From assembly GCA_013239625.1 (NCBI GenBank), contig MU054032.1, positions 62,001 to 126,000 on the forward strand: a DNA stretch of 64,000 nt, given 5' to 3'. Below are positions 27,001-39,580 of this stretch, piece after piece. Source of the DNA: Lama guanicoe. Its lineage: Eukaryota. The notes below the pieces were generated by a model that searched no databases, was not told the origin of the DNA, and saw only the letters and a program-made list of their open reading frames with translations. Positions within the stretch are counted from its first letter, which is position 1. Each line of letters begins with the position of its first letter. A program made the position numbers and the translations under genes.

Positions 27001-30000
27001 TTGTAAGTAGAAATGTTGAATGCTGTATTTCAGTTGATGGTGCCATTAGTCCTTTCTTGATTTTCTGAGTTCTGTTAAGTTGAATTTTAGGAGCATGGCT
27101 CTAAAGGAGTAGCACATAGGTTTTGACAGGGCTACCTAAATGATTATTGAGCATTTTATTTCATTTTTAAAAAATCCTTCCTATGATGAAAATGTATCAT
27201 GTTTTAACTTGAATGCAGCTTTTAGGGTAAAAATGTAGTTTCCATTTAAAATTGTGATAAACTGCCTCAAAATAATCAGTGTTCTGAGGGAGTACAGAAA
27301 TAGGTTACTTACATGCTAAACTTTGGAGGTTATGTAAATATTCAGTTAGTGAATTCCAGCTTACCTTTGTCTAATTTTATCTCTTTGTAGGCAGCCTGCT
27401 TCTGCAAAGTGGTACGACCGAAGGGACTATGTCTTCATTGAATTTTGTGTTGAAGACAGTAAAGATGTTAATGTAAATTTTGAAAAATCCAAACTTACAT
27501 TCAGGTAAATTACCATTTTACATTATTGGGTAAAAAGCTTGTGTCAAACAACTTGAATAACTTTGGCTTACTTGTTTTGTGTTTTCACTGAAGTTATTGT
27601 TAATCTTTACCTCTTTGAAGAGACTATTTTTCCCTTTTTTTTTTTACAGTTGTCTTGGAGGAAGTGATAATTTTAAACATTTAAATGAAATTGATCTTTT
27701 TCACTGTATTGATCCAAATGTAAGTAGTCATGCTTTAATCCCAATTTTCTTAACAGTTCAGAGGCTAATTAGGTATTAAGTGTTTTGCATTATTTTCCCC
27801 TTCTAACTGCTTTTCTGCATTTTTTTTTCTTTCTTTGCGGGGATAGGGGTAGGGAATTAGATTTATTTACTTATTTATTCTTAGAGGAAGTAATTTTTTT
27901 AAGGCTTTGTTCACCTTGTGGTTTTGTTTTGTTTTTTGTTTTTTTTTGCAGTTGGATAGCTTATGAAATCCTTAGTAGTCTAGGGGGTGTTTCAGGGTTT
28001 AGAGAAAGTGTAGAGGAAGAAATTAGGAGAAGTGATGAATAATGAGTAACAAGCTCCTTTGAATCCTGTAGTGATATCAGAGAGAGAAATGCTGTGATGG
28101 TGCTTGTTTTTGTTTTTAGGATTCCAAGCATAAAAGAACGGACAGATCAATTTTATGTTGTTTACGAAAAGGAGAATCTGGCCAGTCATGGCCAAGGCTA
28201 ACAAAAGAAAGGGCAAAGGTAGGTTTCTTTTTCTTTGTTTGAAAGTTTAATATGTTTAAGTAATAAAAAGTACATTTACATCAAACTAAAAAGTTTCTGC
28301 CCAGCAAAGGAAACAGTCAACAAAAGGAAAAGACAATGTACTGAATGGGAGAATATATTTGCAAATTATGTATCTGATAAGAGGTTAATATCCAAAATAT
28401 ATAAAGAATTCATACAACTGAACAACAGAACAACCCAGTTAAAAAACGGGCAAAAGATCTGAATAGACATTTTTCCAAAGAAGACATACAAATATGCAGG
28501 AGGCACATGAAAAGATGTTCAACATTACTAATTATTAGGGAAATACAAATCAAAACCATAATGAGATAATCTCTCCTTATATCTCTTAGAATGGCTAATA
28601 TCAAAAAGACAAGAAATGACAAATGTTGAAGAGGATGTGGAGAAAAAAACCCTAGTACACTGATGTTGGGGTTGTAAATTAGTGTAGCCATTATGGAAAA
28701 CAGTATAGAGATTCTTCAAAAAATTAATAATAGAACTACCATATCCAGCTATTCGACTTCTGGGTATTTATCTGAAGAATATGAGAACACTAATTGGGAA
28801 AGATACACATCACCCGTATGTTCATTGCAGCACTATTTATAATAACCAAAATATCCATTGATGGGTAATGCATAAGCTGTGGTGTATGTATTCAGTGGAA
28901 TCCTACTCAGCCATTAGAAGAGAAATCTTGCCATTCTTGACAACATGAATGGAACTTGAGGGTAACATGCCAAGTGAAATAAGTCAAAAGGAAAAAAAAT
29001 CTAATTTTAAATAATGTAGCAAATGAACAAACAAAACTAAAACAGGCTCATAGAGACGGAGAGCACATTGGTGGTTACCAAAGGGGAGGGCCTGGAGGGA
29101 TGAGTGAAAGGAGTTATGGGAGGTCAATTGCATGGTGACAGTAAGTGAATTTGGAAGATGATCACTTTGTGGGTTACAGATACAATGTTGTACACCTGAA
29201 ACTTTCATTTTTAAAAGTATATTAAAAACATTTGTTTAGTGTAAGGAATAACAGTGTTCTTGTTTCATATCTAGGTGCTATTAATATTATGGCCCTGTAT
29301 TCTGCATATTTTTCTCTATTTTAAGATTTATTGGCATTAACTTAATATCAGGTGTGGTCAGAATAAGATCAGTCAGTAATTGATGCAGAATCTTCTGCAT
29401 TCAAGAGTCAGACTTTGCTTAGAAGTATAAATTATTCAGGTGTCAGATCTGAGCACATCTTCGTGCCATTAAAAAATAATAATACATTAATCAAGTTTTG
29501 CTTTTAACAGCTGAGGAAAGCTTCATGAAACTATATTTATCAGTATTTCATTTTACTTCATGCTAATTTTTCTAGTGTAGTTTTTTGTGCTAATTCCATG
29601 CCTCACTAGTCAGTATGAACTCACAGTTCAGAAAATGTAGTCTTAAGATACAGGCCAAAGAGTACAGGATAACCTAATCATAGGGTGGTATTTGTATTGA
29701 TCTATAGCTTAATTGGCTTAGTGTGGACTTCAATAATTGGAAAGACTGGGAAGATGATTCAGATGAAGACATGTCTAATTTTGATCGTTTCTCTGAGGTA
29801 AGTTCTTTTAAATTCATTCTTCCACCTCCCTCCCAGTATATTTTTGTGTAGTCAATTTAATTTGGTTTTAAAAACCTAGTGATAAATTTAAGCTATGCAT
29901 TGTTTTACTGTAAGACCATTCTACAGTAAAACCAAGGAAGATCTTAACAGTGCTCATTTAACATTCTATCAATTTTTAAAAATTAGTGTTAAGTTCTAAA

Positions 30001-33000
30001 GTTGATTCATAAAGACAAAAAATAAACCATATAGTCAGTGCAACACAGCTAGTTTTTCTAGCATTGGAACAGATTTTTTTTTTTAAGGAATATGAATATA
30101 GTAATTGGCTTGCATTTTAGAGCCATGTAATATAAATATACACAAGAATCATGGTAAGATGTGTATGATGAATGGTCTATAGGAATATTTTATTTGTTTT
30201 ATTTCATTAGATGTTTTAACTATAGCTTATTATTAAATGTAGGGCTATTTTGGTTGCAAAATCAAGAACAGGGTTTTAAATTTTAAGAAGCTTGTTTTTC
30301 CACAATGTTATTGAAATACATGTTGCCATGGCCAAAGGAAAAAAATCATTGCTTTCTTTTAGGTAGACAAGATCTTCTCAAATGTGCTACAGTAAAGCTA
30401 TTCAGGAAAGAGAACATTAGACTGTAAATAGAAGATAAATCTGTGAAATCTGTTTCTCATTGTGATTTGAAATTTTAATTGACTGTATACTTTTATATTC
30501 TTTGAAAACAAAGAGTTAAAAGGAGTAAGTTTCCAGTGTCATCTATGCAGCTTCTTACTTGACATCTCTCCTCATGTGGCTCTGGCACCTTGATTTCAAA
30601 AGAGAGAAGGGAGATAGGATATTCATGTGATTCTCCTAAATTGTGCTACTCCTTACCTGTAGTAATTGGTGCCACCGTTTACCCAGCTATGCAAGTCACA
30701 ACTTATTAACACTGTTCTTTTTCACTGCCTCTCTCTATCCAATATAATATTAACTGCTGTCTTTGTTGTCTGTATTGTTTTTACCTCCTAAATAGCTCTT
30801 GGACGTATTCAGTTCTGTCTTTTGCCATTGCTTCTCAGGACCTAGCATTGTGCTTGGCACATTTTGAGCATTTTTTTTCCTGCTCAAAGAAACTTAACCA
30901 GTATTCAGTAGGTGTTTTCAGGTGTAGAGAAACTCTTTACTAGTTATTCAAATTATTCAAAAGTAGATTGCCTAGAATTTTTTTTCTTTTAAAAATTTTT
31001 TTGGGAGGGGAGGTAATTAGATTTACTTAATTTATTTTTAGAAGAGGTACTGGAGATTGAACCTAGGACCTCGTACGTGTGGTCTACCACTTGAGCTATA
31101 CCCTCCCCTCTGCCCAGAATTTTTCTTAAATACTCTTCTGTGAACTACTCTTTTTTATTTAATTTTTAATACTTTTTTGAGGGGGTAATTTAGTTTTATT
31201 TACTTACATTTTTTATTTATTTTTTAATGGAGGTACTGGGGCTGAACCTAGGACCTCATACATGCTAAGCATGCACTCAACCACTGAGCTATACCCTCCC
31301 TTCCCCACCAGAATTTTTATACCGAGAGATTTGAGTAGGTATCTTTTTAATGTAATTTATTTACTTTTTTCCCCTTAAACGGAGGCGCTGGGGATTGAAC
31401 CCAGGACCTTTTGCATGCCAAGCACATGCTATTACCCCACCTCCCTTGAGTAGCTTTCTTTTTAAGGCCGCTTCTAATTCAGAGGTCTAGGTAAGCATGT
31501 ATTTTTGAATTCCCCACCTATTAATAGTTATTTAGTCTGGTTATTTGTACCTCTTTAAATAATAACACTACTTGCTTTATGATGAGAAACAACTAAAGAT
31601 GGGAAATTCTTTACGTAAGTATGCTCTGTTCTCAGTTTATTGTAAGTACACAAAGGTATTTTCCACAGTCTGTACCTTCTCTTTCAAGGATTATGTTTGT
31701 TTTCGTTTGTAACTTAGTTACTGCTGTTTATCCTTTGATTTAATATTCACGTCTTTTATACAAACTAATCAGCCCAAAGGACTTTATTTTAAATTATTTA
31801 TCGGTTCTTTACAATATTTAGAACTAAAATGAGAATACTATAATACACGTGCCAGTTAGTTCAAGATAATGGAACTTTACAACTATAAATCCCATTCTTT
31901 TCCTTTTCACCAACGGTAACTGCTATTCAGAATTTTGGTGTTTAATTTTTACATCATACCTAGATACCTTGTATGAATTTTAATAACTTCACTTTTCTTC
32001 AGTGGGAATTTACTCTTAACATCCCTACAAGTTGCCAGGATTTTAATTACCTATAACCTTATCTTTTCTAGAAAGGAAGATACCTAACATTTAATTTGAT
32101 TTTTTTCAATTGGTGGAAATCTATGGCAGACTTAAGGTTTATTCTGGAGCGTGCAACCTAATAATTAGGGCTTAATTTAACATCATTTTTAAAACTAATT
32201 TTTACACTTCAAATAGATGATGAACAACATGGGTGGTGATGAGGATGTAGATTTACCAGAAGTAGATGGAGCAGATGATGTAAGTCTATAAATTCTTTTC
32301 TATGTTTACTTAAATAGTAAGAAACAATGTATTTACAGGTTGTTTTACATAGACTCAAGATTGCTTTTTTTTGCCACTTTTTTTTTTCCCAAAAAAAATA
32401 TTACAGGGAGAAGTAATTTTTTTAATGTGCCCATTTTTAAGGGATGGGTACCTTCTAAGAAACAGGTGTCCCATGAACCATTCTTAAAGGGCCTAGATTT
32501 ATAATTCAAAATAATTATTGTATAGAGACATTATATGCCTTTAATTAAGAGTTAGTTTAGGAATTATTTGGACAAAGAAAGTTGAACAGGTTTTACAGCA
32601 GAATTGGTCAGAGAGACCTAGAGTAAACAGATGGATGTTGTGAATTTAAAGAAGGATATACTAGATGATTATTCTCAACATTTCCCCACCTGGCATCCTG
32701 TTAACATCTTTAAGAAGGTTGTTCAGTGCAATTTGTATGATGATTCAACAGCTAGGATTAGAGTTGATTGTCTTCTGTTATGCCAGCGGTCTTCATATTG
32801 AGCCATTTTCCTCTTCCATTGAATCCCAAGAGAGAAGAGAAACCATTTTATACCAAGATTCAGTTTGGTTGATAGGAAAGGATTTAAAGGATGGGCTCAA
32901 TTCCCACCGAAAGGCACACATCTTATAGAAAGCTAGATCCTTGGCAATACATCTGTTTGTCTTAAGTAAACCTGTTCTTAAGTCCATTGATAAATTCATA

Positions 33001-33444
33001 AGACTGATATAACCACATACCTTTGCTACTTTAGTCAAAAATACTTCAGCTTTTTAAGGCAAACTGCTCAGTTAGCAGAGGAATATTTGATCAATTTGGT
33101 AACTTCTTAAATTTCCCTTTCTGCAGGATTCACAAGACAGTGATGATGAAAGTAAGTATCTTTGTAAAAAGTATGTTTACACAGTGATATTTCACATCAA
33201 AGACCAAACTCTCCAAATAGAGAAGTTTAACTTCTTTACAAGTCTTGGAAGACACATGATTATTTCTTTATGACTGCTAATATAGCCAAAGCAGAAATTT
33301 GAATGAATTGAGATTCAAATTTTTGAAAAAAACAATTCTCTTGTCTGCTCTTTCCTATTATAAGACTTCAAGTTATTAGATTATTCCCTTGTAATTTATA
33401 CTGATCTTTTAAAAATCCTTTCAGAAATGCCAGATCTGGAGTAA
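14500..33444 (+). CDS. PTGES3: Prostaglandin E synthase 3 / Hsp90 co-chaperone p23, 160 aa, 8 exons
   Basis: Coding exons: 14500-14501 (AT), 27391-27504, 27650-27719, 28120-28218, 29708-29797, 32217-32279, 33127-33151, 33425-33444. All introns are GT-AG and the total is 483 nt. Translation runs [25 protein letters not shown]...[31 protein letters not shown]...DDEKMPDLE*. Confidence 0.97.
19337..19470 (+). mobile_element. tRNA-Ala-derived SINE (camelid Vic-1-like)
   Basis: A box tagcttagtggtagag, B box ggttcaatccc, A-rich tail. 12-bp TSD aataaactcata at 19323-19334 and 19471-19482. Confidence 0.85.
20360..20452 (-). mobile_element. Vic-1-like SINE
   Basis: Antisense tRNA-Ala head gggattgaacccaggacc...gagctatgtcctcccc. 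Confidence 0.8.
20615..20782 (+). mobile_element. Vic-1-like SINE
   Basis: cagtggtagagtgcatgcttagcatg...ggttcagtccccagtgcctcc followed by a tail. Confidence 0.8.
21657..22125 (-). mobile_element. MLT1 (ERVL-MaLR) LTR interrupted by a Vic-1-like SINE (about 21867-21965, - strand)
   Basis: MLT1 antisense motifs cacagactgggtagctta, gaagtccaagat, accctcatgacct and taggatttcaacataagaattt. A SINE head sits inside. Confidence 0.75.
22866..23221 (-). mobile_element. MLT1 (ERVL-MaLR) LTR
   Basis: tattagtttgctagggttactataacaaagta ... cacattctgaggtattgg...acttcaatatatgaattt...ttcagcccctaaca. Confidence 0.8.
23852..23995 (+). mobile_element. Vic-1-like SINE
   Basis: tRNA-Ala head. TSD aaaact(t)tagaataa on both sides (23838-23851 and about 24000-24014). 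Confidence 0.85.
25530..25636 (-). mobile_element. Vic-1-like SINE
   Basis: ggggaggtaatta...ggaggtactggggattaaacccaggacc...agctataccctcccc. Confidence 0.85.
25888..26040 (-). mobile_element. 5'-truncated L1 3' end
   Basis: L1 tail motif (ttcatattctctttcaccataagttactacaagatactgaatatagttc) flanked by tccctttt(t)aaa direct repeats. Confidence 0.65.
28270..29215 (+). mobile_element. L1 3' segment in PTGES3 intron 4
   Basis: ORF 28235-28462 ([40 protein letters not shown]) is L1 ORF2. The 3'UTR follows to tgtacacctgaaact. Confidence 0.92.
30983..31445 (-). mobile_element. Cluster of three Vic-1-like SINEs in PTGES3 intron 5
   Basis: Three antisense heads ending near 31110, 31305 and 31445, each bounded by direct repeats. 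Confidence 0.85.
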
Positions 33445-33731
33445 GGAATGTTGTCATCGCTGGATTTTGGAAAGGAAAATAACTTCCCTGCAAGATTTCA
33501 TAAGTGAGAGAATTCCTGAGTTGATAGCTCTAAAGGCAGATGCTGAATTTGCCTTCTTTAACCCATTTTTCAACCTGTTTGTTTTTTTTTAAAAGGCTTC
33601 ACTAAGGGTTGATATGTACCATTGTATGGGGCAATTTTAGGTCAGCTAAGGCAATAACCTTATGCATGAACATTTCCCAGACTTCCATGATGCTGTTGAG
33701 GTCCTAGGCAATTGAAACAGCAGTTGTGATA

Positions 33732-34561
33732 AATAAATAAAAACATTTCACTTAAGTCTCCTTTACTTCATAACATAGAAGATACTGACATGGTAGGAAG
33801 TTCTTGGCTTGGGGAAAGTAACTAAATTTTAGATTTTAGAACATGGACTCAGTGGCTGAAACAAACTGGTTGATACCTTAAACTGGTAACCTGTTGTTCC
33901 TCTGGTATATCTTTCAGGATTGTTCCACTAAAGTTTTTTCAAAGAATTTACTTTACGTTACTGTATGTAAGTGATCACTTGTCAGTGTTCCAGATGTATC
34001 TTAGCTAAAACTAGTGAATGCCCTAACTTAGATGGTTTTGAAGCCTGTACATTTGGTATTGTTTGACCCTTAAACTTTTACATCTCTTAGCATGGAGGAC
34101 AAAGAAAGGCTGTACATTGTTGCTTGAGAGTCTGTACATTTAGACCAAATTTGTATTTGCACTGTCAGTATGGCAAATGAGTGAAAAAAATGTTCATACA
34201 CTATTGGATTTTTTTTTTTCTTTCTTTTGGATTCAGCTTGTACCTGGGCTGAGAACCTCAATTTATTGTTCATGACAGTGGGGATTTTTTTTTTTTAATG
34301 TCTACATTCTTTCTAATAAACTGTTGGAAGACTTCTTGGCTATCCTTCTAAGTGTCTGGTTTACTGTAATTTCATGTATTGCCATTTACTGGAATGGAGT
34401 TTTTATTTTTACTTGAGGAAGAATTTGGGAATATTCCTCTAAAAAAAAGAGGCTTGCTGTAATGTCACAGGAAACCTTTTAAAAATGGATCTGTAATAGA
34501 AAATTGTAGACGCACTTTGCAACAGTTGGAAAAGAAAGTGTTGTGATTTGTTTGAAATAAA
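33732..34561 (+). terminator. PTGES3: PTGES3 3'UTR polyadenylation signals
   Basis: AATAAA at 33732/33736, 34315 and 34556. Confidence 0.7.
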
Positions 34562-35356
34562 ACTTAATGTGTTGTCCTCCTCTAAATCTTTGAGCTTCTG
34601 CATTTTGGCAGTTTTTATTCCCTCCAGTTTTTGTGTATTTGTCATAGCATAGAAATGCTTTGTATTTCAGTACTTGATGTCAGACATTAAGGATCTGTGT
34701 TACAGGCAGTGTTAAAAGTGCTGGGAGGATACAAAGATTAAGCCTTCAGGTAATTGCTGTGCTCAGGGAGCTTATGTCACAGGCTAGGCCTCCAGACAAA
34801 CATTAAACAAAAATCTTGGAAAGTGTAGTAATAGATATACATAGGGTATTGTGGGGATTTAGAAGGGAAACAACCTTTTTTCCTTCCTCCGTTTAAGTAT
34901 ATGACTGTTGCAAGTGATACTCAAAACCATTTTCTTGAAATGCTGCAACTGGAAAATCCTACTTTCTAGGAGCTGTGGGCATAACAGCATTTAGTATTCA
35001 GCTCTGTTTTGTTATGTTGCAGAAGTATAACTTAGGTTCTGGTCCTGTTGAGGGAATACAGTTTCCTCAAAGCCCTAGATTTTTCCACATTGGGAGGTAT
35101 GTGTGAACCTTCTGTACTTTAAAAAAAATTAAACTTATTGTCCTTTCTCTGGAGCATGCCAGAGGCATCATTATGACTGATAAGTAGTATAGTTCTTAAC
35201 TTTAGGATAAAACTTAAAATTTTCAAAAACCCTTCTATTTTTATTCTTACTCTATCAAAAAATCTTTGTATGTCACTTCTAGAAGTTGAAGATTGATTAA
35301 GGAATACGTTTGCTTACTGCCAGCCATTAGGCTATAGCATTAAGAAAGTGCAACAT

Positions 35357-35432
35357 GGTGGATGGGGTAGAGCACATGCTTAGCATGCAGGAGGAGATCC
35401 CAGACTCAATTCCCAGTACTTCCAACTAAGAA
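35357..35432 (+). mobile_element. Degenerate Vic-1-like SINE
   Basis: ggtagagcacatgcttagcatgc...tcaattcccagtacttcc. Flanked by aagaaagtgcaacatg and aagaaagtaacatg. Confidence 0.7.
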
Positions 35433-36659
35433 AAGAAAGTAACATGATTTCTGATTTCATTCTGTCTTCAAGGTACTTACAATTTTTAAAGGTCTATTTT
35501 GTGTTCAAACACTTGAATGGAATTTCATTAACCCCTTACTGCTCAGTCAAGTATGAAGCCTTGTGTATGTTATCTGAGTCCTCTGACTGGAGTATTTCAT
35601 GCCAGGTGATGAATTGACAGGCCAAAACTTCAGGAGAAAGATATTTGTCTTTGGATTTCAAATCTGGAATCTGAAGGAAGAAGGGAAGGTGATGAGTTGC
35701 CATAAGTAGTATGACAGTTTTATTTACCAGTTCAGTTTTGCGCCAGTGTTAATTTTTTCTGTTAAGCAGGAATGATTTTGACAAGAAACGAGTGATAGTG
35801 TACTTTACTTGTTTGCTAACATCAAATGCTGTTCCCCATGGCTCACCCAGCATTATGCCAACCCTTGAGAACAATATAGGCTGGGAAGGAATGGGGAAGC
35901 AGGTACCTGTCTAAGGCCTACTCTTAACTCCTAAATTTTATCCTCATACCTCTTTAGGGTCTGTGGGCTTAATTTAAACATTAACCACAGTTGATCGTTA
36001 GTTGGTAGTCTCTTCTAGAAGAGTGAAGGATGTATATTACTACTAAAGCTCCAGCCCTTAGTACAGCACCCGATGTGTTGAAGACTCAGTACATACTTGT
36101 TGAATTATTACATCTTGCATGGGTAATGTTTCACTAGTGGGTCTGGATGTAAGGAAAAGTTAGTGTGGTAATTCAGAGTAAAGTGTAAAAGGGTAAACTT
36201 AGGCAGTGGCGACGGGAACTGGAGAGAGATTCCACAGGTGTCAAATATGATCTGGTGACAAAGTGAAAACCAAATCGTATTGCTTGTTTACAAGTTATAG
36301 TAATATCAGCCTGGATAACTTCATTGTGAATGTGAAGAACCTATCCAGAACTATAACCTAAATTTCTTAGCTTCAAGTCCAATGACTTTGACTTACATAG
36401 TCTCCTTAGCACCCCATTCCCATGGCTGTATCTCATGAGAACTTCGAGAGGTAGAGCTGTAAAGCTGCTTCCACAAGTAATGGCCTCCATGAGGAGTATA
36501 CCTGTCACTCAACCATTGTTCTTTATTTTTTCTGTTCTCACAACTAATTAGACTCAGCTCTAGTTCCTTCCCTGTTTCTATAGTCCTGTGACTATAGTAC
36601 CACCTTGGTGGTTCTTGGACACTCAAAATAACGGAACTGTTGATTTCATAAGTCCCAAC

Positions 36660-37135
36660 CCCAAGATAGGCTTTAGTAGGTGATGTTGGGCCCGGGAATT
36701 TGCCATTTAACAGATAACTTGAGATCAGCCATCAATGTGTGATCCTGGGGTAGCCGCATCAGTCTCACCTAGGAACTTGTTAGAAATATAAAACTTACTA
36801 AAAAGAAGCTTGAGAGGATAGAGTCCAGCGATCTGTCTTAAGCCCTCTACGTGATTCTGATGTGTGCCAAAGTTATGACATGCTCTTTTAAATCTAAAGT
36901 GTAGATTCTGAATCAGTTGGTCCTACTGAGATACCAGCCTTGTCCACTGTGACTTTGTGTGGAATGTGCTATCTCTCCATTGCCTGATACAGTAGTGGCT
37001 GGTCACATACAGCCATGGTGGATCTGGAATGTGGCTAGTGTGACTGAAAACTGAATTTTATTTCATCTTAACTGATTTTAACCCCTAGTGATTACCATAG
37101 TAGATAATGCAGATTTAGGTGATTCTGATGCAGGT
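36660..37135. mobile_element. hAT-Charlie fragments (MER5A- and MER3-like)
   Basis: gcatcagtctcacctaggaacttgttagaaat, gtgattctgatg, and aatgtggctagtgtgactga...ctgaattttatttca. Confidence 0.55.
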
Positions 37136-37894
37136 GTTACCGAAAACAAATTCTTACCAAATGATAGAGGGAAATCTTTTCTAGCATGATACAAAATCTA
37201 GAAGCTACAAGGAAGGGTAAACAAATACGACATTAAAAATTACATAGATCAAAAGATAACCATTAGGTTAAAAGGTAAGTGACATACTTGAATAAAGTGA
37301 AAAAAAAAAGCAGTTTTGAAGAGCACTTAATCATGACAAGCCAATTTTTTAAAATGGGCAAAAGTAGGGACAAGTATTCACTGAAGAAACATGAATTGCC
37401 AATGAACATGAAAGTATTCCTTAGAAATTAGAGAAATACGAATTCAGTCAGAATAATTTCATACGTTTAATATTAGCGACTTTAAAAGTTTTGGCAAGGA
37501 TTCTGGGAACCTGGTAAATTATCAAGATGTTTTAGAAGGCCACTTGGCAGAATCTCATTTAAATGACAAAGGTTTTTTTCCCCATTAATTTTTGTCCTTT
37601 TTTTTTAACGACAAAGTTTTAAGCCAACATTTTATTTCTAGGAATCTATTAAAGAAGTACTAGATGGCAGACATAGATGTGTATGAAATTTCCTTTTTTT
37701 TCATGCAGTACTGCGCATAATAGCCATTTGAAACAATCCAAATAACCATTAATGGAGTGAAATATTATTACACATTTTCATGGCATAATGTGTAGCCACT
37801 TTCAATAAAGTAAAATGTACTGACACAAAGTTCTCCAGAATATAGGAGATCAGAAAACAAATTTTCTGTAGCGTGCTTCCATTGAAGTTTTTAA

Positions 37895-38040
37895 GAGGAG
37901 AGGGAAATAGTTCAGTGGTAGAGTGCATGCTTACCATGCCTGATGGTAGTTCAGTGGTAGAGTGCATGCTTAGCATGCCTGAGGTCCTGGTTTCAAACGC
38001 CAGTACCTCTGTTTAAATTAAATAAATAAATAAATAAATG
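37895..38040 (+). mobile_element. Vic-1-like SINE with an internal duplication
   Basis: The A-box segment occurs twice (37908-37943 and 37947-37982), followed by a B box and a (taaa)n tail. Confidence 0.85.
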
Positions 38041-38098
38041 CGTGTAACTTCTATGTACATGGAATGGGTAGAAAGTGAATGGGATATATGCAAAGCAG

Positions 38099-38213
38099 TT
38101 TTTTTTGGGGGGGGGAGGTAATTACATTTGTTCTTTAATGGAGGTACCAGGGATTGAACCCAGACCTCATGCATGCTACACATGCACTCTACCACTGAGC
38201 TATTTCCCACCCT
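38099..38213 (-). mobile_element. Vic-1-like SINE
   Basis: Antisense head. Flanks tgcaaagcagttttt and tgcaaagtgttttt. Confidence 0.85.
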
Positions 38214-39344
38214 CTGCAAAGTGTTTTTCAGTGGTTATTTCTGGGAGTGAGATTTGGGTAGTGGTGAAAGGGTTTATTCTCATCCTGTATACTTAAAATT
38301 TGTGTATTACTTGTGTTTTTTAAAAAACCCACAAAAACCAAAGTTGTGATCTGACAAGAGAATGTTGGATTCTTGAGGTCAAACTTGAGCAGGATACTTA
38401 AGTGAAAGGTCCATGTGAAACTAGTAGGAATTGAAAAGATTAAAAAACTCTGAAGCTAGGGTATTTATTGGATTATTTTTGTGGAATTTCAAATCACCCA
38501 GGATGATTGTCAAGAAATATAGTAGAGACAAAGACATTTTATCATTTACTAGAGTATTGAAAGAATATGGGGCATAACCATTACAGATGGTAGTAAAATA
38601 AGGAGATGGTGGAAAATGCTATTTTTACATTAAAATTGGTAAAGTTTTCAGTCATAAATTGTGGGGTTAGTCATTTGGAATTAACTTCAGGTAAGAAACC
38701 AGATTAGGTCTTTGTGGTCTCTATTTTCCCATGAAAAGTAACTTGTGTTTTACATGAAACACTACTGGGGCTATCTGAAAATAAAGAAATATGAAGTGGG
38801 ACCAAAACATGTCAGAAGGCTGAAATTAAATGACATTTATTCAGAAAGGCTGTTAAGGCCTATCTCAACCCAAGCTAATCATGTTTATTTACTTTTATTT
38901 TAGACAGTACTGCAGGTTTAGCAGGTTATCTGATTTCAGATAGAGGACTGACGGTTGCTAAGGTCAAACACTGACAGCAAAGGAGTTAGAAAATTTAAAA
39001 ATTTACACACTTGAGCATAGTAGAGAAAGCTCTATATATCCACCTCAGTTAACACTGAAAACATTTAGCATTGTGATGTGATACAAAGATTTGCTTAATG
39101 ATAACCCAACTGTCTAAGAAAAAGCTGAATTTCCTGATAATGTGCTAAAAAGAGATGTGCAATACATTTCAAAAAGTGATGAGCCAGAGTTATGTGGAAA
39201 TTGATATAGAAATCTTTACTTTTACACCTGGATTAAGTAAATTGTCAGTTTAAATGTGCTTGACGGTTAATAAAGTTTTGGCCAAGACCAAAATTGATGA
39301 TACAAAACCAAAGGATCTTAACACTAAGTCAATAGTAAAAATAC

Positions 39345-39580
39345 TAGCCAACACAAATACAGTGCTAACTATGTGCCAGGCATTGTTTTAAGTGCTTCTT
39401 TCATATTTTAATCTACTTAGTTTTTGAAACAATTCTATGAGATTATCCCCATTCTATCACCTCCTATAATGAGAACGGTATGTATAGTGATTTTAAATAA
39501 CATGCCCAATGACATCTACTAAGTGGCAAAAAAAAAAAGATTTTAAACCCAGTCTGGCTCCAGTGGCGGTAGTCTTAAGG
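39345..39580 (-). mobile_element. MIR fragment
   Basis: actatgtgccaggcattgttttaagtgct, attatccccatt, and aacccagtctggctccag. Confidence 0.6.

Noticed and set aside
32735..33007. Possible C/D snoRNA in PTGES3 intron 6 (ATGATGA box)
   Set aside because: The nearest CTGA is about 270 nt away, with no terminal stem or recognisable guide.
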